A stretch of DNA of 64,000 bases from Octopus sinensis (taxonomy: Eukaryota), in the NCBI RefSeq assembly GCF_006345805.1, contig NC_043014.1, positions 45,074,001 to 45,138,000 on the forward strand, given 5' to 3'. Below are positions 9,958 through 22,714 of the stretch, one piece after another. The translations under genes were made by a program, and so were the position numbers. The notes below the pieces were generated by a model, which was given only the letters and a program-made list of their open reading frames with translations, was not told the origin of the DNA and made no database searches. Each line of letters begins with the position of its first letter. The stretch's first letter is position 1.

Positions 9958-12949
9958 AAGCCAATCACTTGTTCACAGTAGTTATAGTGATGAGAGTGAT
10001 AAGGGAATGTCACTGCTATTTTGACATTATTTAGATCCTTTACTGATATACCCTGCCAAAATACAAGCATTCACCTATGCACGCGCATGTACATACACAC
10101 ACACACACACACACACACATGATGGGCCTTCATACAGTTTTCGTCTTTCATCTACCAAATACCACTGACAAAAGTACTGGTGAACTTGGGGAATTAATAT
10201 TAGATGCTTACCAAAAATGCAACACTACAGATCAAGTTTGAAACTACCTGGCTTCAAAACAAACTTTTTAACCACATAACCCTATGAGCATCCATATATA
10301 ATGTATTCATAAAATACCAATAGTAAATTGGGATCAATTTGATTGTCTATACTATAGATCACCTTCAGAATTTTGTCTTCTGCTAACTGAAAAGAATTAT
10401 TAAGAAGTGGAACTAAACACATTGTTTTTGTTTTTGTTTTTTTCCTACTTAGTATGGGAGGGGTCAGTGCTCAGGACACTTTGTTTTTCAGGGCCCATGA
10501 GACTAGTTGAATGAAAGGAGAGAATTATCCTCAAACCAGAAACCTGGCCCAAATGCTTTTAGCTAAGTAATATCCACTAAGGGCCATCCAATAACCAGGT
10601 GACAGATTAAGTCGACCAGCCAAGAACTTAGAATGCAAAGAAATGGGACAAATACTGCTGAGCATCTCACCCAGCACTTTTAACAATTCTCCTAATCCAC
10701 TGCTCAGATGCTGTGCTTATTTTATTGACCCCAGAAGAATGAACAACTTTAACCTTAACTAGATTTGAATTGAGATCACAGAAAGCTAGAAAAAAAAACT
10801 CCATGGTACTTAAATGTCTGAGAATTTGCCTCTGGCTGAGGATAACACCCTACTTTTCTCCAGGATGTTTTAGAAACTCTTCAGAAAAATGATGATGCTG
10901 CCATTCCTTCCCTGACTAAGTCATATAAAATAAAGTTTCTGCTAGTTTTAACAACTTTGCATTTCTCTGGAAGCAAAAAAAAAAAATGTAACATTACTTA
11001 AATATATTATGATCAAATCAGTCAATTAAACATTAATTCTTAAGAAAACTGACTTTGTGAAGTAAAGTAAAAGAAATCAATATTTTGTGGGAGTGCTAAT
11101 TGTATTTTGGCACCTACAAGAAAGAAAGAAAGACAGGCTACTCATAGATACATAAGCTTAGTGATAAACATTTAAAAAGAAAATTTTTTATTAAATAAAA
11201 AAATATTGTAACTTACAATATATAAATCAGTATTGTATTGGCGATCTGTCAAGGCAGCACTGGTTGTAACAGGATCATGGCCTGTCTCTGAAAAAAAAAG
11301 GTATTATTCAATATTTTGTCACATAATTTCAACATTATTTATATCAGTAATATCTTTAAGAAAGAAATAATCATTTTATTTTCTGTATTATGTAAAAATA
11401 CACAACTTTGTGCTTTTGAAAAGAGAAACTTTTTAACATATTAAAATGCATCTATTATTCACCACAAAACCCATGGAAATTCTACAGGTTTTGCTCGAGA
11501 AAGCTGAGAACTGTAATAGTCTGCTGCTATTGTGATGGTGAAGACAAAATTGTGTGTGTGTGTGTGTGAGAGAGAGAGATATGGAAAATAATATTGTAAC
11601 AAGTATTGGTTGAGGTGGTAACAGTGAACAATAAAGGGGTGGGAAAAGGAATACACATACATACATATAAAAATTAAGAACTATAACAGTTTGTTGTGGT
11701 GATGTTGATAGGGTGTTAGTCAATAGATCTGATGGTGATGGATGAATGCATTAAGGAGATGACAGCATGTGCATGCATGCACGTGCACACACACTAAATA
11801 TAAAAGTTTACTGAGGTGATGATGTCAGTTGGGTGTTAGCTAATGAAGGCGGAGGTAGTGGTGATTGTATTGCTGTAAGGAATTTATGGTAAACAATTTA
11901 TTTTTGTGAACTGAAAAAACAAAAAAAAATACAGTATGATTTAGCACATGTGCTTTAGTGTAGTTGCTGTTGAGCAATGTCACTGCCATCACCACTACTA
12001 CCCTGACCACCACCAACAAACAATCATCATAAATAAATAAATAAACATCATCACTATTGCCACCACCATTATTTACTATTTATCATCTCTTACTTTCTCC
12101 TCATTTGTCTACAACTTTTTTATCCTCTCACATTTCCTTTGTCTTTCTTATTTGAATGCTAATCTCTTTTATCTATCTCTCACTCTCTTCACCAATATCA
12201 ACAGCAATATCACTGTTATCACCACTGCCACCACCACTACCATAACTACCAATTGTTGCTTTTTTGAGTCATTTCCCTGAGTGTATCACAAAAGGTAGGC
12301 AGGAACATACTATTGCATTAATATATAGATTATAATCTTATATAATAGCATTATATAATTATCATTATCATATCCTGCAATAAATCAATTTACATAGATT
12401 TTATAATTTTATATTTATGTATTAACACTAAATTATATCGTGAGAGAAAAATAAATGTGCAAAATGTAAATTAAAAAAAAAAAAAGCAAGTGAAGACATT
12501 AAATATATATGCTATAAAATTTAATCTCATCAAAAATTCTCTTTTCCCATAATTTAAATGAGATTTATAATGTAAGAACTTTTAAAAATAAAAAAAAAAT
12601 TGATGCATTTTATGGTTTGCACCAATAAAAATATGAAGAGCATTTAAAACACTCTACTTTCGATTCAATCAATGCTGAAATAAATCAAGAGCCTCCATGC
12701 ATCAGAGCTGTGCATGTATTGTACCTGTCTATAGAGGCCCTGGCAAGGTGTTTTTAGGAAGACTGGCAGCAGTGGCTTATGCATGCCAGTAATTCTTCTT
12801 CACATTTCCACCAATGTTAATCATGAAAATGAAAAATTCTCTCCTCTGCTTTCAGGTCAATACAGCAAGGTACCATCATTGCTGCAGCTAGGTACCAGTG
12901 TTGCTCTCAGAATGAAAAGAACTGGAACAGATGCCATACAGCATCTTAC

Positions 12950-13036
12950 CAGACACTGTAACAGTTCTGTCAATCACTACCCAGAATTTGTACTTTTTCT
13001 TTTTGTAGTCCTTGAAAGTAAGACAAAAGGCAGAAT
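12950..13036 (-). other. Candidate 87-nt symmetric phase-1 exon (unknown gene)
   Basis: ttcag|AT TCT GCC...GTG TCT G|gtaaga; open frame (D)SAFCLTFKDYKKKKYKFWVVIDRTVTVS(G). No homology recognised. Confidence 0.3.
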
Positions 13037-13071
13037 CTGAACACAGAGTGCAGAGTATCAGAACGAATACC

Positions 13072-13561
13072 TATTTCTTTACTACCCACAAGGGGCTAAA
13101 CATAGAGGGGACAAACAAAGACAGACATAGGTATTAAGTCGATTACATCGACCCCAGTGCGTAACTGGTACTTAATTTATCGAGCTTAAGGCAGCAAGCT
13201 GGCAGAAACATTAGCACGCTGGGCGAAATGCGTAGCCGTATTTCATCTGTCGTTACGTTCTGAGTTCAAAATCCGCCGAGGTTGACTTTATCTTTCATCC
13301 TTTCAGGGTCGATTAAATAAGTACCAGTTACGCACTGGGGTCGATATAATCGACTTAATCTGTTTGTCTGTCCTTGTTTCTCCTCTCTGTGTTTAGCTCC
13401 TTGTGGGTAGTAAAGAAATAGGTACTTAATTTATAGACCCCCCAAAAGAATGAAAGGCAAAGTCGACCTCGGCGGAATTTGAACTCACAATGTAACAGCA
13501 GACGAAATACCACTAAGCATTTCGCCCGTTGTGCTAACATCTCTGCCAGCTCGCCGCCTTC
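13072..13561 (-). mobile_element. SINE family A interrupted by an antisense family A copy
   Basis: Outer TSD gaac(g/a)aatacc at 13061-13071 and 13562-13572; halves 13072-13183 and 13421-13561 join into one element. Confidence 0.9.
13184..13420 (+). mobile_element. SINE family A, nested copy
   Basis: Full head to tail; TSD ggtacttaatttat at 13167-13180 and 13421-13434. Confidence 0.92.
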
Positions 13562-14544
13562 GAACAAATACCATGAGGCATTCCATTGCTCTAATGACTC
13601 GTCCAATTTGCCTAACTTATATACAATGTTTAAACTCAGGTAAGATTATTTATTTCCTATAACCACTTAGGTCATAAAAGACATCACTGAAGAATTTTTT
13701 TTTTTTTTGTGGTGTATCAAAGAATAATCAGCTTGTCAGAACCCATCCTTCTCAGAGTAATTTATTGGTAAAAAACCTTCAATTTCTAATAAGGAAATGG
13801 CAAATTATTGAAGTCCTCTCCTTTTTAAACGATATTAATCATGTAAAAGAAGTTAAATCTGAAGCTGATACAATGACTTGGCTCACAAATAATTAACCTC
13901 ACTTATTTCTGTTCGATAGTGCCCATTAAATTATGTTTACAACAAGAGTCGATAAAATTTTGCTTTTATGTCATAACAAAGACATTAAAAAAAATACAGA
14001 TTGGTTTTTATGAGGAAAAATCATTGCACTTGTTGTGAAAGCAGAAAAAATAGGAGAAAATCAGTTGATTTTCTATATAAAGTTTTAATATACAATATCA
14101 TTTCTGCACTTCACCCACCTTTCATACTCAGTTCCAATATAGAACACCTGTTTCTGACATCACTCAAGAAAAAGGGTGGGTTATGTGTGTGTGTGTGTGT
14201 GTGTGAGGGGCAGTGAGAGAGAGAGGGAGGGAGGGAGAGAGAGAGAGAGAGTTCTACTGTTACACTGAATAAAAAATATCAGCTCCTTGTAGTTCTGGAA
14301 TTGTGGATTGGTTTGGAACTCTCTCCAGAAAAGTTAGTTATTTAAAAATATGAATCTGGTTGATTCCACATTGCTGGAAGTGGTTGTTGTTTAGTGTAGC
14401 CCTGGTCATCTCTGACTGAGCAGATTTATATGTAATCAACTGCAGGTGTACAGGGCTATATGTGCTATGAGACAATAAGAGAATTTTTGCCAAGTATCCA
14501 AAAAGGCATATCACCAAACACTGCATCTTTAGATACCTTTATAC

Positions 14545-14721
14545 CACATTTGTGGCAACAATATCTGATGGTCTGGTTTTGGCATTCAACTGTATAGTCT
14601 ACATATGACAAAGCAGCATTTTCATGCAAAAATATGAAGATATTACAAAAGAAAGACATTTCAATAAAAACGAATTTTATTTCAAGAGAATGAAGAAAAT
14701 GTTTATCTAAAATGCCAGAAT
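14545..14721 (-). other. Candidate exon inside ORF 14465-14806 (unknown gene)
   Basis: ttttatag acceptor, open frame (D)SGILDKHF...QTIRYCCHKC, weak donor G|gtataa (177 nt, phase 1-1); alternative donor AAG|gtatct. Confidence 0.22.
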
Positions 14722-16650
14722 CTATAAAACAATTAATTATGTAAACAGTGACCAATGTTCCCATAAATCTTTGTTGCAGGTGTGTGCAGAAATTTGTCTG
14801 TATCAAAATTTTGTATCTCTTTGCAAAGTATGTGCATATTCCTGCATGTAACCATTTTCAATTTTAAAATTTTGATTTCATCTTAGAAACCTTGTGTGTG
14901 CACATATCTTCCTTTTTACATGCTAGTTGTAAAATACTCGTGGACATGTATAAATGCACAGCTAAGAAGGAACATCAGCAATGGCATTGTTATATTATAG
15001 CAAAGTTATTTCTGATTGCATTATCTTTCTTAAATATGAATATTACAACAGAAATTATTTATCCTGGTTCAAACGATCTACTTCATAAAGTTCTAACTTG
15101 CTGAAACACTAGTGACATATTTTAGATGTTCAGTAATCAATGTTTATAGCAAAACATTTCTTGAGAAAGAGAAAGAGAGAGAGGGGGTGGGGGAGAGAAA
15201 AAGAGGGGAGAGAGAAAGAGAGAGAGCGAGAATAAATGTTTTTTTTGGTAATCTATCAAAAAAACATCATGAGAATGTTTCAATTAACAATGCTACCACA
15301 TTCTAGCTTTAGGAGATTTACATGCCAGTGATTGAAAGTATGTTCCTCAATGGTCCAGTATGATGTTTATTTGAGAAGTTATCAGGATTTTGAACTTGTG
15401 AACTGTGTAAATTAAAATAAACCAGCATGGTCTTACAGAAAAATGACAGCCGACTGAGCTAGTAGCAGCTGTCACAATATATCTAAGGCATTTTTTTTTA
15501 TTCTTCCGCATTAAAGTAAAATATCAGTATCCATCAACCAGTGGGAAATACTATTTTCATTTATTTATGCCAGGTTACTGTAAATCTATTCATTCTACAA
15601 ACAATAAAATGAATGTTGAAGACCTTCTGGGAAAATGGTAAAATCTTTCAAAGACATTACAAAGCCCTGCAGTGACGATTTTCAAAATTTAAATAATTTT
15701 TCAAGTCTTGTTTTTGTTCTATTACTGTGTAATAAATATAAACTCAATATGTACAATTACTGCTGGGAAATATATATATAAAAATATTTATTCAGTTTAT
15801 ATCATAGCCTAATTAAAATAAACTCATTACTAAAAAAATAAAACTACAGTCCAAACAAATTTAATTTTCCTATTACTTAAGCACATATGTATATGCCTGA
15901 ATGCAGTAGTAAGTTAATATGTATCAACTTACCAATGTGTGCTTCTCTTTGTGTCCAGATATTAAAAAGAATTCCTAATTAGGCTCGTAATGTGTGCAGC
16001 GATTGCTAATTTTTATTCTTTCAAATTGTTTTATTTAACATGAAATAATTTTCATATGCCTTTTATATCAATAAAAGATGAGGATGTTGCCTTTGATCAA
16101 CAGTTGATCTCAATATTGGTAAACCTTTTCACAGGATTAGATATGAGAATTTCTGAAGACCCATTGCATACATAATATGACCCGTGCTGAACCAATGAAT
16201 TGGCAGCTTCCTCACAGTTCACTTTTATTTTTTCTTGCCGGAATTGACAGCGACCTTCCTAATCCTCATTCCATTAACTCTGAAATCCACCAAAGTCCTC
16301 TTATCTCTCCTTCTCTATTTCTGGCTTTCATCTAAGTCACTTTTATTTCCATCCTCTTTCACTAATATCACTACCACCACTTTTCATCATCTTTTCTGTC
16401 AAATGTTTTATCCTTTAAGCTGAAAGACATCTCCAATGAATATCAAGAATCAAAGTAGCATTTAAAATTACTGTAATGCAAATTTTACTTATTTCTAGTA
16501 AAAACAAGATTTCTCGACATCTCTTTTTCTCATGTACATGGTCAAACAAACTCAGAAGAAAGTTATTCAACTCATTGGCAAATCTTTCTAATTTTGGCGC
16601 AAAGCCAGTAATCTTGAGGGGAGGCGGCAAGTCAATTATATTGACCCAAA

Positions 16651-16880
16651 AGGCGGCGAGCTGGCAGAAACGTTAGCGCGCCGGGTGAAATGCTTAGCGG
16701 TATTTCGTTGTCGTTATGTTCTAAGTTCAAATTCCGCCGAGGTCGACTTTGCCTTTCATCCTCTCGGGGTCGATAAATAAAGTACCAGTTTCGCGCTGGG
16801 TCGATGTAATCGCCTTAATCCCTTTGTCTGTCCTTGTTTGTCCCCTCTATGTTTAGCCCCTTGTGGGTAGTAAAGAAATA
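16651..16880 (+). mobile_element. Young SINE family A nested in an older antisense A-like SINE (about 16575-17035)
   Basis: TSD tatattgacccaaa at 16637-16650 and 16881-16894; the flanks rejoin into a degenerate minus-strand SINE. Confidence 0.9.
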
Positions 16881-17601
16881 TATATTGACCCAAATACTTG
16901 ACTGCTACTTATTTTATCGACCCTGAAAGGGTAAAAGGCAAAGTCAATCTCAACAGAATTTGAACTCAGAATGTAAAGAGTCAAAAGAAATGCTGCTAAG
17001 CATTGTTGAACATGCTAATTATTCCACTAAGTTCACAACCGTAACCTATTATTAAATCCTAACATCCAGCATCTACAGAGAGGTGTGGGTTTAATTTTCA
17101 CTTACTGTTTTTTGTTTCCTATCCTATTGTACCCTCTTTTTCTATATCTACACTCTGTTTAAAAATTTAAAAATGTATTCCTGATAAAAAAAATTATGGT
17201 GGCTAAAACCAGTCTTTTTAATTATCAAATATATAAATATTCTTTTAGATTTTCTAATTTTTGAGAAAATTTTTAACTCCAACTTTACTACAAGAATTAT
17301 GAACACAACTTCATTTCACTTGCAACCATTTAATATAATTTCATTTCATAATACAATAAATAGTTGAAGGTTGAGCCAGTGTGGGAGCTGGTATAGTAGT
17401 TGCTCCACCTGCTTAATGAGCAGGTAAATCTACAACAACAAACTGTCTATTGTCTTTCACATCTGAGTCACATATTTTAAAGACTACTTTTTGAAGCATA
17501 ACTACAATTAAGACAGGATTGTCAATGGTATAATGCTAATACAATACTGAAGCATTATACAATATTGTATAATGCTAATACAATACTGCCAGCTCGCCGC
17601 T

Positions 17602-17837
17602 GAAAAGGCAGCGAGCTGGCAGAATCGTTAGCAAGCCAAGCAAAATGCTTAGCAGTATTTCGTCTGCCGTTATGTTCTGGGTTCAAATTCTGCCAAGGTC
17701 AACTTTGCCTTTCATCCTTTCGGGGTCGATAAATTAAGTACCAGTTATGCACTGGGGTCGATGTAATTGACTTAAACCCTTTGTCTGTTCTTGTTTGTCC
17801 CTTCTATGTTTAGCCCCTAGTGGGCAATAAAGAAATA
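17602..17837 (+). mobile_element. SINE family A with rearranged 5' junction
   Basis: Full length; acaatactg at 17580-17588 and 17838-17846; a short inverted head copy lies at 17589-17601. Confidence 0.88.
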
Positions 17838-18679
17838 ACAATACTGAAGTTTAACGTAAAGAGACATTCAAAACATCTTTTTTTTTATCTATATCAGTGA
17901 CAGTGCATAGTCTAGTGGTTAGGATGTTAAGCTCATGATCATAAGGTCAAGGGTTCAATTCCTGGACAGAGTGACATGTTGTGTCTGTTACTAAGGTACT
18001 TCATTTCACATTACTCCACTCCACTCAGCTGTAAATGAATACCAGCCTAATACTGTCCTAGCTTTCTTTCCTTCTAACGTCATATCCTTGATGTTCCACT
18101 GGGTCAAAGGTGAGAGAGTGAAAATGAATCCATAACATGTAGCACAAAGACCCTAAAAATACAGGCACCTATAAACAATAAAAGTCTAGTACAAGGTCAA
18201 ATTTGTCTGCAAGTGATAGCTAAGCTTCAGATTCCCAACCTTTCCTATACTCCACACCCTAGGAACTGTTTGATTAATTTTCACACCTCCTATGTAAGAA
18301 ATATGACATTCAAAGTCCAATTTTAGTAACTAATTTACCTTTTTTTTAAATTGAATTGTATATATTACTGTGAATGAACAACTGAACTTATTAAAATTTC
18401 TGATTCAGTGCATAAAATGCAAATATAAATTGAGTAATTAGAAAAGAATTATAAATAGTAAAATCAACAACTGTGGGCATTTAACTCAATGACTTTATAA
18501 GTTTCTGCTTCATATTCAAGACTTTATTAAATGGATATTTTTTGTTAACTGCAATCCACATATCTGCCTGTTGATTCAGGTGATTCCTAGATTCTGTCTT
18601 CGTTGACAAAAGGGAACTAAATCCAAATTCGCACAAATATGTTAAAATCTCCTAAAAGCTAAATGTACATTCTTTCTTT

Positions 18680-19085
18680 TTCTTTTCTTTTATTCTTTTA
18701 TTTATTTCAGTCATTTGACTGCAGCCATGCTGGAGCACCAACTTTAATCGAGCAACTCGACCCCGGGACTTATTCTTTTGTAAGCCCAGTACTTATTCCA
18801 TCGGTCTCTTTTGCCGAACCGCTAAGTAATGGGGACATAAACACACCAGGATCGGTTGTCAAGCAATGCTAGGGGGACAAACAGACACACAAACACGGAT
18901 ATATATATATATATACATATATACAACGGGCTTCTTTCAGTTTCCGTCTACCAAATCCACTCACAAGACTTTGATTGGCCTGAGGCTATAGTAGAAGACA
19001 CTTGCCCAAGGTGCCACGCAGTGGGACTGAACCCAGAACCATGTGGTTGGTAAACAAGCTACTTACCACACAGTCACTCCTGCAC
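18680..19085 (-). mobile_element. SINE family B (tRNA head, CORE-like block), full length
   Basis: Head gcaggagtg(a/g)ctgtgtggtaag, block ggcaccttgggcaagtgtcttct, internal (TA)n, tail gactgaaa. Confidence 0.9.
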
Positions 19086-19124
19086 ATATGTAGAATAATA
19101 AACTTTTTGGTGTTTTTAATAGAA

Positions 19125-19311
19125 TACAGTTATTTTTATGTAACAGTTGTAAGGTGGTTGGTGTTAGGAAGGGCATCCAACCATAAAAAAACTGCCAAAA
19201 TAGACAGTGGAGTGTGGTGCAGTCTTCTGCCTAGCCAGCCCCTGTCAAACCATTCAACCCATGCCAGCATGGAAAATGGACATTAAATGGTGGTGATGAT
19301 GATGATGATGA
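19125..19311 (+). mobile_element. RTE-type 3' tail
   Basis: ttaggaagggcatccaacc...catgccagcatggaaaatggacattaa(tga)n. Confidence 0.8.
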
Positions 19312-19421
19312 CTCTAGGAAGTGATTTTAATAAAGTAGATACTTTTCTTCTTTGTCACACCTTTTGAAATGCAATCTAGCACCCCCAAAGGGTGCAAGTA
19401 CCCCAGGCATGGAGTGCATGT

Positions 19422-19423
<2 letters not shown>

Positions 19424-19464
<41 letters not shown>

Positions 19465-19466
19465 TA

Positions 19467-19521
<55 letters not shown>

Positions 19522-19555
19522 ATATTATATATATATATATATGTATATATATATT
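19424..19555. repeat. Interrupted (TA)n microsatellite
   Basis: Directly visible. Confidence 0.95.
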
Positions 19556-20248
19556 CAAGCTGTTGGATCTATGAATTACTATCAGGTGTTTGACCCCTTT
19601 CATATGACAAATCTGTTGAAGCAATGCTGACTAAAGCAGCAAACAACAAGAGTTAGAGGATATATTACACACAGTTCAGGAAGTTCCATCCCATGTCTAA
19701 GAATTTTCCCCATTCCTAGACTATTCTCTGGTACATGAAAACATGTATTTCATTCATTTGTGATTCAGTCAAACACCAAAAATACCTCCAATGAAAATGT
19801 CATAAAAACTGTTAATTTGTTACTCATTTATTATTAACAGAACATGAGAGCGCGTGTGTGTGTGTGTGTGCACATGTGTGTGCACATGTGTATATAAAAG
19901 TGAGAGAAAGAGCGAAAGAACAAGAGGAGGGAAAGTGTATGTGTGTGTGTGTGTGTGTGTGCTTATATACTTATATAATAGTTTATTTTACAGTCCACTG
20001 GCCTTTATCCAAATGATTCAACTGCCTTTCCTTTGTGACTGCAATAGCTGAGAATTGCTTCAGGATCTGGGACAGGATAGGCTATTCACATTCTTCGACT
20101 AACATGTTAAGCTTACAATTATAGAAGCTGGGAAAAGTATCAACTAACATAACTTCTCCCCTTAGCTGTATTTAAACTTGTACATAGATCAGTAGATTTG
20201 CTAACCTTTTTAAGCTGGTTATAAATTTCTATACTGAGGCTTATAGTT

Positions 20249-20717
20249 AAAGAGAAATGGTAGATCTCCAGTTAAAATAATGAGTAAACTATCATATTTC
20301 TTCACTATAAAACATTAACATTTTAACATTAGTGGGTGATTACAATACTGCTCCCTCCCCCCAACTTCCACTCCATCACCCCCCAGGTTTTACTGTTTGA
20401 TATAGTGCAAAACATTCCATCATATTGATAATCTGATAAGGAGGATGTCCTGCTATTTGCTTTCCTAGGAAAATTATGATTTATCATTGTAATAAGAAGA
20501 AAGGGCTAAAAAAAAATTTTTTTTTTGTTTTTCGGCATCTAACATGAGATGAACATCTTAAAATGTTAGTTAACAGCAAACATATACAGAAACACACACA
20601 AACAAGTATACATCTAAACACATGTATACACACACATGTATACATACATCTACATATATACACAAAGAGAAATGGTAGATCTCCAGTTAAAATAATGAGT
20701 AAACTATCATATTTCTT
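20249..20717 (+). repeat. Identical 54-bp direct repeats 415 bp apart
   Basis: aaagagaaatggtagatctccagttaaaataatgagtaaactatcatatttctt at 20249-20302 and 20664-20717. Confidence 0.9.
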
Positions 20718-21084
20718 TCATACAAAGGTTTTAAATGTCATCTCATCTAGAATCAAGTAGTTCCAGGAGGCAGTCACTTCATACCATCAATATGAACAAA
20801 AGCAATAGAGATTATAACTGTAATTGATTTTTTACGTAATATAATTTCTTGTGGTTGATGTAAAACCATTGTTAGTCTCGCTGTCATCATCAATAACACT
20901 ACTACCATTGTCATTGTTTCACAGCTGTTTTCCCAAGTTGGCAAGTTTCTTATCAATATGATAATTTGGAGAAGTGCAATAAATACAGTGATTAGTAACG
21001 ACAGGTAAAGTTACTGTAACTAGTTTTGCATTTACAATCTTAATTCCTACTAGCTTAGTTGCAGCACTTCTAAAGTCAATAATA

Positions 21085-21483
21085 TCTTTATATATAAAAG
21101 AGAGGTTGTGTGCTGTCTGTCTCCTATGATTTAGATTCCTAACTACTCCCACATTTTGCGGTGCAGTTTAACCAAAACCGGGTATCTTATAGTCGTGATT
21201 CATATCGAGCCCTTCTGGGTATTAGCGTGCATCTACGATGAGTCTACGATTTAAAAAAAAATTTACCATCAATTTTTCCCATTTTTAATGCATTTTTGGC
21301 ATATATAAGGGAAGTAACTCTCTAAAAATTTATTATTAAATCTCAGAACGTAAAAAGCTACAGTAACACCCCCCCCCCTTTGTGGTTAGCCATATTGAGA
21401 TGGCTATTATACTTTACATCTCTAAAAATGCTTATATAGTTATTTCCCTTACAAACCCGAGCAACGCCGGGCGATACTGCTAG
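21085..21483 (+). mobile_element. Non-autonomous Helitron, family H2, copy 1
   Basis: A|TCtttatatataaaag 5' end; hairpin cccgagcaacgccggg then gatactgCTAG|T; near-identical to 27421-27799. Confidence 0.9.
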
Positions 21484-22002
21484 TACCAGATAATATACTA
21501 AGATTAATCTGTGACCCCTCACATATGGAAAATGCCTTTTTACGAACAAAAGATGCAAGTTAAACTGTCAAGGCTAGTAGACATTGAAAGGCACCAGAAA
21601 CTAACACATTTATAAACTCAGAAGTGATAAATACATCAATTATTGAAGTTGCTGACTTTCTCACAAAAGAGGAGAAAACAAAGCTGGGAGGAGGTGACAG
21701 AGACTTCATCAGGAATTAACATTAATGAAATGGAATGGATGAAGAAATATTTTTGTTTATCTAAAATCACTTCAGACAAGGCTGATTGATAGGCGACTTT
21801 TTGACAAAAGTTTAGGGGTAGTGTGGATTGACATCAATACTACAAAAACTTTACATACACGTGTGTATTTATATCGGCAATTAAAAAGATGGCAGTAAGA
21901 TATTGATTTGAAATTTTATGGAAATATGATGAAATCGCAATTAAAAATGATAAAATTGGTAAATGAGATGACAATAAAGGAGCTAATAAAATAAATAAAA
22001 TA

Positions 22003-22396
22003 AGGCGCAGGAGTGGCTGTGTGGTAAGTAGCTTGCTAACCAGCCACATGGTTCCGGGTTCAATCCCACTGCGTGGCATCTTGGGCAAGTGTCTTCTGCT
22101 TTCGCCCCGGGCCGACCAATTCCTTGTGAGTGGATTTGGTAGACGGAAACTGAAAGAAGCCTGTTGTATATATGTGTATGTGTGTGTGTTTGTCCCCCTA
22201 GCATTGCTTGACAACCGATGCTGGTGTGTTTATGTCCCCGTCACTTAGCGGTTCGGCAAAAGAGACTGATAGAATAAGTACTGGGCTTACAAAGAATAAG
22301 TCCCGGGGTCGATTTGCTCGACTAAAGGCGGTGCTCCAGCATGGCTGCAGTCAAAGGACTGAAACAAGTAAAAGAGTAAGAGTAAAAGAGAGTAAG
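22003..22396 (+). mobile_element. SINE family B, full length
   Basis: aggcgcaggagtggctgtgtggtaag head, B-box-like ggttcaatccc, (gagtaa)n tail. Confidence 0.92.
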
Positions 22397-22714
22397 ATGG
22401 TAATAAAGCAGTAAGGATATTATATCAAAATGATGGAAACCATTGGCACTCGGCAATGTACTTGTTAACCAAGAATTTAAAGATCAAGGTCATTTTCTAC
22501 AGGAAACCAATAGCAAGAGAGTAAATTCCACATCCAGCTGTTCAGAGACATGGGAGCGTTGTGCATAGAACATGCAGCATGCTTTGAGAGATACCCAAAA
22601 AGAACAGATGTTATTTATTATCTTCAGCAAATTGAGTTCTGATGGGAAATCCTCAAACTGACTGGTATAATCAGAAATATTGCATAATTACCATAAATAA
22701 TAATGATTTCTAAT

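Noticed and set aside
14465-14806. Assigning a gene name to the 113-aa Cys-containing ORF
   Set aside because: No recognisable family motif beyond one CxxC; reported only as an unnamed exon candidate.
17905-17975. tRNA-like sequence (tagtctagtggttagg...gggttcaattcc)
   Set aside because: No acceptor-stem pairing or terminator, and it continues into a SINE-like body; it is a decayed tRNA-derived SINE head. The same applies to the heads of families A, B and C.
20774-21152. Overlapping ORFs suggesting a membrane-protein exon
   Set aside because: The two frames do not join without a frameshift, the ORF start lies inside a Helitron, and hydrophobic runs are expected from AT-rich DNA.
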